A DNA stretch of 63,409 nt, the filler included, from Diploschistes diacapsis (Eukaryota): the NCBI GenBank assembly GCA_023645945.1. It is 16 parts of 16 records of this genome, joined end to end, with 100 filler letters (N's around TTAATTAATTAA, not from the genome) between each part and the next. Parts side by side here need not be neighbours in the genome. Positions count along the whole stretch, not along the records: positions 53,016 to 54,415 come from JALAIB010003160.1; positions 54,516 to 55,915 come from JALAIB010003161.1; positions 56,016 to 57,415 come from JALAIB010003162.1; positions 57,516 to 58,914 come from JALAIB010003163.1; positions 59,015 to 60,413 come from JALAIB010003164.1; positions 60,514 to 61,911 come from JALAIB010003165.1; positions 62,012 to 63,409 come from JALAIB010003166.1; 9 more parts are not named here. One strand, 5' to 3'. The first letter of the stretch is position 1; every line of letters begins with the position of its first letter. The translations under genes were made by a program, and so were the position numbers. The notes under the pieces were generated by a model. It was not told the DNA's origin and ran no database searches. It saw nothing but the letters and a program-made list of their open reading frames with translations. This document shows, piece by piece, positions 53,016-63,409 of the stretch.

Positions 53016-53403
53016 TTACACTGCAGTAAAATCACGAAATCTTTTTTTTTTTTTAATATTTTTAAAATTATCACGTTTATTTTCTCCGCTTTTATTTTTA
53101 AAAAATTTTTTTTAAAATACGGAAACGGACACGGACACTATATTACAATAAATACACGGACACGGATACCGTAATTAAAAAATTTTAAATACGGACATTA
53201 ATACGGACATTATATTTCCGTGAATCCACGGATACGGACACTGTAATTAAAAAATTTAAAATATTGATACTAATACGGACATTGTACTTCCGTAAATCCA
53301 CGGACACGGACACCGTAGCTAAAAAATCTAAAATACGGATATTGACACTATCAGTGTCCGTGTCACTGACACGGCCGTGTCAGTGTCAGTGACGGCCAGC
53401 CTA
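53016..53403 (-). mobile_element. hAT-like MITE copy (partial, cut by the contig edge)
   Basis: Ends in ACGGCCAGCCTA, the reverse complement of the left part of 53604-54185. Confidence 0.8.
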
Positions 53404-53603
53404 TTTAAGACAATAACGCTATTAAATAAAACCGATATCTCGATAAAGGATACCGCGGAAACTAAAAGCGACGATCCCGGAAATAACGATAAAAAAATTT
53501 AATCCGAAATAGTTTCGCTGGTTAGAAATTCTCGGACGATACCGTTTCACAATCAAAAAGATCGTAGATAAAATAAATAAACGAGCTAACGCGTTGAACA
53601 AAC

Positions 53604-54185
53604 TAGGCTGGCCGTCACTGACACTGACACGGCCGTGTCAGTGACACGGACACTAACAGTGTCAGTGTCCGTGTTTTAGATTTTTTTGCTGCGGTGTCCG
53701 TGTCCGTGGATTCACGGAAATGTAGTGTCCGTGTCAATATCCGTGTTTTAGATTTTTTAATTACGGTGTCCGTGTCCGTGGATTCACGGAAATACAGTGT
53801 CCGTATTAATGTCCGTGTTTTAAAATTTTTAATTACGGTGTCCGTGTCCGTGTCCGTGTTTTTAAAAATAATTTTTAAAATATAAAAGCGTAAGAAATAA
53901 GCGTAATAATTTTAAAAATATTAAAAAAAAAAAAATGTTTCCGTGCTTTTACTACAGTGTAGTATCCGTGTTAATAAATTCACGGAAATGTAGTATCCGT
54001 GTTAGTATCCGTGTTTTAAATTTTTTAATTGCGGTGTCCGTGTCCGTGAATTCACGGAAAGGTAATGTCCGTGTCAATATCCGTGTTTTAAAATTTTAAT
54101 TGTCGTGTCCGTGTCAGTGTCCTTGTTTTGAAAATTTTTGCTGCTGTGTCCGTGTCAGTGACCGTGGCACTAAACGGCCAGCCTA
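53604..54185 (+). mobile_element. Complete 582-bp hAT-like non-autonomous element
   Basis: 12-bp TIR TAGGCTGGCCGT/ACGGCCAGCCTA; 8-bp TSD GAACAAAC/TAACAAAC (one mismatch); interior of ~65-70-bp repeats rich in GTGTCC hexamers. Confidence 0.85.
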
Positions 54186-54634
54186 TAACAAACGACTAGA
54201 TTATATGACAAAAGAACCGCGTTAAATTAAATTATTAAAGATTAATAATGATAAATTATTCACGACAGATGTTCGAGAATTTATAATAATTATAAATGTT
54301 TTAAAAGATTAAAACGAATAGTATTTAATAACATAAAAAAAGCTATAGATTCCTACGGAAAAAATATAAGATTATATACGATAACATTATGATCCATCGG
54401 AGTACGGACATAGGGNNNNNNNNNNNNNNNNNNNNNNNNNNNNNNNNNNNNNNNNNNNNTTAATTAATTAANNNNNNNNNNNNNNNNNNNNNNNNNNNNN
54501 NNNNNNNNNNNNNNNGAAAGAACAACGAGTATCCTTTTAAACAAATTAAAAAAAGAAATAAAAATCGAGGTAAAGATTGACTAAAAAAGAACATCGCGTT
54601 TATAAGAGACACAAACATTTAGAAAAGGGGGTAG

Positions 54635-55020
54635 TAAGACAGCCTAGCCCAGGGGCCTGTTAAGCTGGGCCTGCCAAGCCACGGCAGGGTCAATGCCCAG
54701 ATACTTGCCAAGCCACGGCAGGGTCAATGCCCAGATGCTTGCCAAGCCACGGCAGGGTCAATACCCAGGTACTTGCCAAGACACGGCAGGGTCAATGCCC
54801 AGGTGCTTGCCAAGACACGGCAGGGTCAGGGAGTGGCTGTATAGATAGGTAATCCCCGAACCCCGATAAGCTGGCACCCATATTACTTAACGGTACCCTC
54901 CTCCCACCTAAATAGTTTCTTCTTCAGCTTTTCGAATCGAGACCTTTTACCTACAGATGCCCAAGCTACACCTAATCCTTCCGGATCAGGCCCAGCCCCC
55001 GGTAGAGTAGCATCCTTTCC
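54635..55020 (+). mobile_element. 3' LTR, family E, preceded by a polypurine tract, with four full and one partial 34-bp tandem repeats
   Basis: AGAAAAGGGGGTAG immediately before TAAGACAG (RIP form of TGAGACAG); unit GCCAAGCCACGGCAGGGTCAATGCCCAGATACTT at 54673-54828. Confidence 0.8.
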
Positions 55021-55029
55021 TGCGCTGGC

Positions 55030-55359
55030 GTTTCAATTAGTCGTAAAAGGGTTCGTATAGAAGCAAGAAATCGACTTTAACGAGACATTTATTTTTATTA
55101 TTCGAGCGGATTCTTTACGTATTTTATTAATAATTATCGTAATAAAAGATTTAGAATATTATTAAATAGACGTTAATAACGCGTTTATAAAAACGTCGTT
55201 GATATATTAAATCTATATAACGCCATTTGAAGGATATAACGTTTTTAGGAATACTGTCTTGAAGATTAATAAGAGCTTATACGGACTAAAGTAGATAATA
55301 AAGAACTAACACGAGGAATACGGTAATACAATTTTAGACCTAAGTTTCAAAAGATGCGA
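55030..55359 (+). mobile_element. Copia reverse transcriptase remnant interrupted by a pogo end
   Basis: LVVKGFV.KQEIDFNETF, IRADSLRILL, IDVNNAF and INKSLYGLK. Confidence 0.85.
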
Positions 55360-57606
55360 TAACGTGTTTGACGGTGAGTCCGGCCACCCCCAGAGTCCGG
55401 CCACCCCCAGAGTCCGGCCACCTCAAATTACTACCGTTAACATTCTACGGTTTTTAGATATAACCTATTCGTCGTAATTAGAATCTAATCGATCTAAATC
55501 GAATCTATCTTTTTCTTCTTTATCTTCCTCGATTTCAGAAATGCGACGACGTTTTTTACGCGTTGCAAATCGTTTCGAAATTATTCGATTCGATTTAACC
55601 CGAGCTATTATTTTAAAAACTTCGTCTATATTAAATATAAAACGATCTTTTAATTCAATTCGTTTATTTAATTTACGTTTTTTATAATTATTAAAAAGCG
55701 TTTTTTATTTTCGGTTTTCTTTACGAAGCGTTATAAGCTTAATATACGTCGATTTAAATATATGAATGAATCGACTCGAATAACGTCGAATCGGATTAAT
55801 TAATTCTAAAACTGCGCGTAACGCTCGATTCAATTGTTATTAATTTTTCGTAATTCGGTCGCATTTGGTAAAAAATTATATAATAAGAATAAATCCAAAT
55901 CGAATTGATTCGAGGNNNNNNNNNNNNNNNNNNNNNNNNNNNNNNNNNNNNNNNNNNNNTTAATTAATTAANNNNNNNNNNNNNNNNNNNNNNNNNNNNN
56001 NNNNNNNNNNNNNNNAAAGAAAACCGAGAACAAAAAACGCTTTTTAATAATCGTAAAAAACGTAAATTGAATAAACGAATCGAATTAAAAGGTCATTTTA
56101 TATTTAGTATAAACGAAGTTCTTAAAATAATAATTCGCGCTAAATCGAATCGGATAATTTTAAAACGATTTATAACGCGTAAAAAACGTCGTCGCATTTC
56201 TGAAATCGAGGAGGATAAAGAAGAAAAAAATAGATTCGATTTAGATCGATTAGATTTTAATTGCGACGAATAGGTTGTATTTAAAAACCGTAGAATGTTA
56301 ACGGTAGTAATTTGAAGTAACCGGACTCTAGGGGTGGCCGGACTCACCGTCAAACACGTTAATTATAAATCTATCACGTTCTCGATAACGTTGTTTTAAT
56401 TAATTTATTCTTTTATCGGGTCTTTAAACGAAGATATTCGTCGTTTAGATTCGTCGCGGGAACTTTTTTGGAATCTTTCTCGTATTGGTTCTTCGTTGAT
56501 ATTAAATTTTTCGAAGGTTTTTAACGTTAATAATTATTATAACGCAAGATATCTTACGGATTGTTTTTTAGTTAACGATTTATTTATTGAATTATATTTT
56601 TTAATCGATAATATTTCGGTTAATTTTTTAAAAAACGGAAGTATTATCGATTTTTTTTTTAATCTTTTTTATCAGCGAGGGTTATTGTTTATAATAGGTC
56701 GGCGGATAATACTTTCGAGTTCCGGTTATCGTGAATTTACTCGAATATTTAGTTCGGTTGATGTTTTAAACTCTTGTCATGAATACGAAGGTAAAGTAAG
56801 CTTTTCGAATATAAAACGCTAGCGTAAAAAAAGATGTTATTTTATTAAGGGCTGGGTTTGATCCGGAAGAATTAAGTGTAATTTAGGTATTTATAGGTAA
56901 AAGATCTCGATTTGAAAAGCTGAAAAAGAAACTATTTAAGTGGGAGGAAGGTACTATTAAGGAGTATGAATGTTAGGTTTACCGGGGTTCGGGGATTACT
57001 TATTTATACAGCCATTTCCTGACCCTGCCGTGTCTTGGCAAGTATCTAGGTATTAATCCTACCGTGTCTTGGCAAGCACCTGGGCATTGACCCTGCCGTG
57101 TCTTGGCAAGCACCTGGGCATTAACCCTGCCGTGGCTTGGCAGGCCCCTGGGCTGGGCTGTCTCATGTTTTTCTATAACCCGTATTTTTATTTCTATAAC
57201 CTCGAGCGAAGTAGTTAATCTTGTTATATTTAAAATATTTCTTTTTTTTAATTGAAGATTGTAACAGCGGGGGGAAGTGCCTAATAGGTAGCAACTATCC
57301 CACTGAGCCAAAAGACTAACCACAATGCTTTCAGGAACCCCGAAGCACTGTTTCCCTATTACACTATATGTAGGTGCGTGGCTGTGGCAGTAGGTGGCAG
57401 ATGTGTAACCCCGCANNNNNNNNNNNNNNNNNNNNNNNNNNNNNNNNNNNNNNNNNNNNTTAATTAATTAANNNNNNNNNNNNNNNNNNNNNNNNNNNNN
57501 NNNNNNNNNNNNNNNTCGTAATATTGTCGCCGTTAAAAAACGCGTTGGCGTAAAAAACGGATTATATTACTCGATTAAATAAATCGCGTATAGTACGTTT
57601 AAAATA

Positions 57607-58002
57607 ACGTGTTTGACGGGACTTCCGGCCACCCCCAGATTCCGGCCACTTTTGCTAAAAATAGTTTAAATCTTCAATAATTCTTCGAAATTGATCGTTA
57701 TTTTAATTTTTCTTTCAGAATATTACTTTTTAATCAATTATCTATCACATATAAAAAGTGCACATTGATTACGGCATTAGTTAAATCTTTAAAGCGAATT
57801 AAGAATAACGACTCGAAAAAGTGGATTTTGGAATCTTTTAAAAATCTGCTTTAACCAAGCAAAAGATATTTATTAAAATAATCTATTATGAGCGGTTTTA
57901 TGCATAGATTTCATTAAAAATATAAAAAAAGCATTTTTTTGACATTATACTGTCGTCGCGTGGCTTTATTCTTAAAAATCCGAAAGATTTTAAGTAATTT
58001 GG
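57607..58002 (+). mobile_element. pogo/Fot1-like left end inserted into another copy of the same family
   Basis: TA plus ACGTGTTTGACGGG TIR; upstream 57516-57600 matches internal pogo sequence at 24360-24430. Confidence 0.75.
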
Positions 58003-58914
58003 TGTTACGATCCAAGGTACTAGTCGGTAGTACTTGGCACGCAACAGCTAGTCGGGCACTTCCCAACTATTTTTTGTATATAGTCCAATCAGGGTGACAC
58101 GGGTCACGTAATGAGTAGAAGGTCTGGAGAACCATTCTACTTAATCGTAGATAGAAAGAGAAAACGATAATTTTATTTATCTACTTATTTACTTTATTAA
58201 AGGAGTTATTAGCTATATAAGAACGTCGCCATAACCTTTATAAGTTTAAAACGTATTCACTTTTATAGATATTTTAAGTTATTGTTCGAGATCAATCTAT
58301 ATTCGTTATTTTTATTATTAAAGAGCCTTCTTTCTAGAAATAATCTAAGATTTATACCTGCTCTATCTTTTTTTCCTACCACATTCCTTTTCTAATAGAG
58401 ACCAAACCCACCTTGATCCTACTCATGTATACCTTATATAGATAGAGATTATAACACTTAAACATCTTTAAGAATAAATATTACTAATAATATAACCGAC
58501 AGATAGCCATCGATGGCTAAATTCGTATTATTTCGAGTATTTAGGATAATAACGCTACCAAAAGAAACCGATGTCTTTATAACGAATACTACGGAAGCTA
58601 AAGGCGACGATTCTAAAAATAACAATAAACCCGACGAAAATAAATCGTATAAAGAATCTATTATAAAAACTATAAAATTAATAACGTTTCACGGAAATCA
58701 AAAAAAACTAAAATATTAAATATTTTAATTTTCAATATATTTTTACTAAAACGCGTACATCATAAACGATTAAAAGAAACGAATAATCTTCGCCGTAAGA
58801 TTTATACGTGATCGCGTATTAATATAAATAAAATTTTATCTCGACGTATATTTAAGAAATTAAAAAAATAATTACGAAATATTTAAGAATTTCGTAAGGT
58901 TTAAAAAATAGGTC
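58003..58914 (+). mobile_element. LTR family D (58003-58456) followed by degraded gag-like sequence
   Basis: TGTTACG...TATAACA termini; inverted copy at 62142-62606; downstream 58548-58700 is homologous to 53412-53560. Confidence 0.75.
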
Positions 58915-59212
58915 NNNNNNNNNNNNNNNNNNNNNNNNNNNNNNNNNNNNNNNNNNNNTTAATTAATTAANNNNNNNNNNNNNNNNNNNNNNNNNNNNNN
59001 NNNNNNNNNNNNNNTTTTTTAATCCTTTTTCGTTTATTAAGTACCTTATTAGTAGTACGAAATATCTTAATCTCGATTTTAAGAATTATTATTATGCGAG
59101 ATAGTCATTATTGAGAAAGATCGAATATAAGATAAAAATAGTGATTTGAGGTGGCCGGAATCTGGGGGTGGCCGGAATCCCCGTGAAACACGTTATATTA
59201 TAATATAATGTC

Positions 59213-59528
59213 TGTAGCCGCATGCTCGAGTGGTTTAACGGACCTTTTCTGTAACACCCGGGTGTGACCGGGGTTCAGGTCTCCCAGGGCCACGCACCTA
59301 CATATAGTGTAATAGGGAAACAATGCATCGGGGTTCCTGAAAGCATTGTGGTTAGTCTTTTGGCTCAGTGGGATAGCGCTACCTATTATGCACTTCCTCC
59401 CGCTGTTACATTTTCGAAGGTCATGGATTCAATTCCTACTACTGTTATTATTAAAAGGGTGCAAGTAGTGATCCTTAATTAGGTAATATTGGTAATGAAA
59501 TAAATGTTAATGTGCTTGCAGTAGTACA
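59213..59528 (+). mobile_element. tRNA-derived SINE-like element split by a solo LTR (boundaries tentative)
   Basis: Removing the insert restores TGCTCGAGTGG (A-box-like), hairpin GACCTT-TTCG-AAGGTC and GGATTCAATTCC (B-box/T-arm-like). Confidence 0.5.
59250..59410. mobile_element. 161-bp solo LTR with TSD TTTTC; second, inverted and interrupted copy at 57260-57382
   Basis: TGTAACA...TGTTACA inverted termini; TTTTC at 59245-59249 and 59411-59415. Confidence 0.88.
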
Positions 59529-59862
59529 ATAATAATATATATTATTATTATTGTAGGAGGTAAAGAATATAATAAAGATGAAGATAGTTTATTAATGATG
59601 GAAATAATCGCTAGGAATGTGTTATAATTTCTATCTCCATAAAGTAGACACGAGGTATCGATCAAGGTAAGTTTGGTCTCGTATAGAAAAGGAATATAGG
59701 TAGAAGAATAAGAAGAGCAGTCACAGGTCTTAGACTATTCTCGGAAGAAAGTTTTTAAAAATAGAATATAATAGATATATTATTCTACCAGATTATATAA
59801 AATGCATAACAATAAACATACTAGGATTTATAAAGGTTATAACGTTGTTCTCATATAACCGG

Positions 59863-59965
59863 ATCGTTTATCGTTTATCGTTTATCGTTTATCGTTTATC
59901 GTTTATCGTTTATCGTTTATCGTTTATCGTTTATCGTTTATCGTTTATCGTTTATCGTTTATCGT
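59863..59965. repeat. Perfect heptamer tandem repeat (ATCGTTT) x ~14.7 inside an LTR-D-like copy
   Basis: Direct count over 103 nt. Confidence 0.95.
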
Positions 59966-60705
59966 AAACCCGTCGAGCGATGTCTACGATGTTCATTCGT
60001 TTATAAAAGCGAGCGCGATTTTCGATTAAATAACGATTTCTATTCGCCGTTTATTAAAATAAGTTCGAACAGTAAGTAAATTACGTGGCCGATATTATCC
60101 TAATTAGACTATATATTAAAAATGATTGAAACGTATGTTACGATCCAGGTGTCTAACCTGTCACGTCCCAGCTGCTCACTTAAGACCTCGCGTGGACGTC
60201 GGTCACGTGAATTATTGAAACGAGCGGCGCCGCTCCGTGTACTTTATAGAAAAAATGGGCCACGTTCCTTTTACTTCATAAGAATTATCGCCACCGCTCC
60301 CTTCGCTCTTTGAAAGATTAAGAAAATAAATATTAATACTTTATCGAGAATTATAATATATAATCTTTCTATTAAAATTATCTATATTTTAATATATTTA
60401 TTTTTATAAACCTNNNNNNNNNNNNNNNNNNNNNNNNNNNNNNNNNNNNNNNNNNNNTTAATTAATTAANNNNNNNNNNNNNNNNNNNNNNNNNNNNNNN
60501 NNNNNNNNNNNNNGAAGAAATAATTATAAAACTAAGCGAAAAGTATATTAAGAGTCGGATAAGCGGCGCTCAGGGTCTTAGCTTGCTGGTACTTAAAGAG
60601 GGATTTTGCCCCTCTTACTCTCTCCTCTTCTTTAATAATTAGTCCTAGCATGAACCCGCCCTGCGTACAGCCATCTTGCCACATTGTCGTATTCTACCCT
60701 TCACA

Positions 60706-60907
60706 GAACCTTATATATCTAAGATGCGCATTTTATATTAAGATTTGGGTCTTGTTTAATAGCCTAAAGTATTATTATAATTCTATTTTTAATTAAAGAT
60801 GTTTCCATAATCGTACGCGTAGAAAATTAATACAAAAGTTAAAAGTTCCTAAAATCGGGTGGAGGGTGTCCGCTCGCTATGAGTGTCCGCTCGCTATGCA
60901 TATACGT
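60706..60907 (-). mobile_element. 5' end of a second pogo/Fot1 family: TIR plus start of the transposase HTH, cut by an LTR-like insertion ending at 60705
   Basis: TA plus ACGTATATGCATAGCGAGCGGACACTCATAGCGAGCGGACAC; METSLIKNRIIIIL*AIKQDPNLNIKCAS*IYKV resembles a RIP-mutated Fot1 HTH_psq N-terminus. Confidence 0.8.
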
Positions 60908-61051
60908 TAATGATAATATTTATTAATTAATCTTTAGAGAAGAAAGTAGAAGATTTCTTCTAAAAACTTTTCTTATGCGGGCCGCGGCCTTGGCGCGGCA
61001 TTAGGGCTGAGATCCTCCGCTTTCAACGGACTGTCACCGGTATCTGGTACA

Positions 61052-61911
61052 AGATTAGGAATCAATTAGGTATATTTTTACGATTAATTAATCAGCGATC
61101 GAGCTAGAAAAAAACCCTATATCTTATAAATAAATGAAATATATCGATATTCAGTATCATTTTGTTCGGACAGCCAATAAAACTAAAGATACCTATCTAA
61201 AATATGTATCCATCAATCAATAATTAGCGGATTGTTCTATTGTGGTGGTATTTAATCAAAAATGACCGGAATTTATATCCGCCATAAGATTAATGCGAGT
61301 TTATTAATTTTAATTACCGATTAACCCATATTAGTTTATAGGGGTGTGTCAGAATATTAATCTAAATAGGTTAGTCTGGTTGCTTATTAAGCTTCTAATA
61401 TCTTTCGAATATTCTGAAAGGTTCTAGAAGGTCCTAAAAGATTCTAGAATATTCTAGAATATTGTTGAAAGTGGTGGAAGTTCCTAATAGATAACAAATG
61501 ACTAAGCGTGTATTCTGCAGCTAGTCCTAACTAGAAAATAATCCCTAGCCTGCCTAGCCTGGTAGCTGACTATTGTTCAACGATTGTATTGATAATGATG
61601 AAGGTTCTAACTATGAAAGTAGGAGGGTGAGAGGCCTTTTATAGGTATATTTCACGCTAGTATGATTAGTAATAAAATATTATAGAATGTTCTTTATCCT
61701 TCCAAAATATTTTATGTATTAGTAAGCCGAATATTCTAGAATTTTCGATAATCTTCGATGATATTTTATTATGTTCTAGAATATTCTAGAACCTTCTAGA
61801 ACCTTCCAGAATATTCGAGCATGCTAAAAGCTTAGTAAATAATCTGACTAACCTATTTAAGTTAGTATTCTGACAAATATAATAAATATCATCGAATATT
61901 CGGCTTAGTAA
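61052..61911 (+). mobile_element. Copia 3' end: RNase H remnant, purine-rich tract and 3' LTR B (from 61347) containing an inverted solo LTR B (61463-61875, TSD AATAT)
   Basis: SAIEL.KNP...KYIDIQYHFVR...YVS.NQ.LADC; ATAGGGGTG before TGTCAGAAT; AATAT at 61458-61462 and 61876-61880. Confidence 0.85.
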
Positions 61912-63409
61912 NNNNNNNNNNNNNNNNNNNNNNNNNNNNNNNNNNNNNNNNNNNNTTAATTAATTAANNNNNNNNNNNNNNNNNNNNNNNNNNNNNNNNN
62001 NNNNNNNNNNNATTATGAGCGGTTATGTGCGTAGATTTCATTAAAAATATAAAAAAAACATTTTTTCGACGTTATACTGTCGTTGTGTGACCTTTTTCAT
62101 CATTTTTCAGTCATTTTAGAAAATTTAGATTAAGCGAAAACTGTTATGATCTCTATCTCTACAATATAGACACGAGGTATTGATTAAGGTGGGTTTGGTC
62201 TCTATTATAAGAAGAATGTGGCAGGAGAAGAAATAGATCGGTTATAAGTCTGTACTAATTTCTAAAAAGATTATTATCTATTAATAAATAATAACGAATA
62301 TAAATTAATTTCGAACAATCGTTAAAGATATTTATTAAAATAAACACGCTCTAATTTAAAAGAATCATAACGGTGTTTTTATATAATCTAAAGCGATAGT
62401 TAATTGTTAATAATAAAGCTGCTGCGACAAAACTGTTATTAATAGATAGCTGTTCAGGCAGATCTGTTCCTAATAGTCGTCTGTTACTGAATATTTATCA
62501 GTCACGTGACCTAGCGTCCGTGGTTGGCTATATACAAGGAATGGTTGGGAAGTGCCCGACTAGCTGTGACGTGCCAGGTGACTGCCTAGTACCCTGGATC
62601 GTAACACAATTCTACTATCGACAACCAGCTATCGCTCTAAACTATATAAAAATACCGCTATAGTTTCCTTAAATCGGGATATATTTACTTTTATAGATAT
62701 CTTTAACGATTATTTAAGATCAATTTATATTCGTTACCTTCTATCAACGGATAACAATCTTTCTAGAAATCAATATAAACCTATAACCGATCTACTTCTT
62801 CTCCTACCACACTCCTCTTTTAATAGAGATCAAACCATTTTGATTAATATTTCGTGTTTATATTGTAGAAATAGAGATCATAACAAGAAGGGGAAGGAAT
62901 AAGGGCCTGCGTTAAAGGCTACGGAATGTTATCGACGGCGATGACGATAATAAAATTAATAAACGATATTATACATCCTTTATTTAATTTATTATTATAT
63001 AATTTCGTTTAAATATTTATAATACGTTTTTTTTTGTTATTCTTTTTTACTTCTTTCTCGTTATCGAAATCTTAATCTAAAATATTGTTTATCGGAACTA
63101 TCTACGGGTCGCTTCGACTTATGTATCTACTATTTCTGCTACCGTCGGCGCTCTTGCCCGCTTAATTCCTGCTACTATTTTCTTCGTTACTTTAACGGCG
63201 GTCTACATCTTCCTAATAAGATTATCTAAAAGCAAATGGATCTACTGCTCGGCGTCCCGCTTAACTTTACCCTCTTACATACGTTGGATATCTGCGGTAA
63301 CGCGGGTAAATTAACGCGTTGTCAATATTTAATATCGAGAAGTAAATCTTTTTTATTATATTATAAATATTATTACGCGTAATATTAGATCCTTTTCGGC
63401 GTTGCGATA

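Noticed and set aside
54673..54828. 34-bp repeats as a CRISPR array
   Set aside because: Units are head-to-tail with no unique spacers, lie inside an LTR, and there are no cas genes in this eukaryotic sequence.
59863..59965. Heptamer array as a telomeric repeat
   Set aside because: It is internal to an LTR-like copy and unlike the TTAGGG repeat typical of filamentous ascomycetes.

Overview
Filamentous ascomycete (Pezizomycotina) DNA from an artificially concatenated assembly. Fifteen 100-nt spacers (N-run, TTAATTAATTAA, N-run) join two ~21.1-kb gene-rich contigs (1-21149, 31774-52915) and fourteen 1398-1405-bp AT-rich contigs whose lengths decrease monotonically, so adjacency across spacers is not biological. 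Contig 1 carries CPS1/DIP2 (3' truncated), an HSP20, a pogo-type MITE, a G-alpha-like gene lacking all five nucleotide-binding boxes, an O-methyltransferase pseudogene, a DHA1 MFS transporter, an SDR, tRNA-Thr(CGT) and a disrupted Zn2Cys6 factor. Contig 2 carries a LYR protein, a SAM methyltransferase, PP1, an LRR protein, a hexose transporter, Wss1, a small secreted protein and a DUF1776 protein. The small contigs are RIP-mutated, nested transposon debris: copia, Helitron, pogo/Fot1, hAT MITE, several solo-LTR families and a tRNA-derived SINE-like element. The best candidate for something new is the intact pseudo-G-alpha. All family calls come from motif recognition by eye, without database searches.
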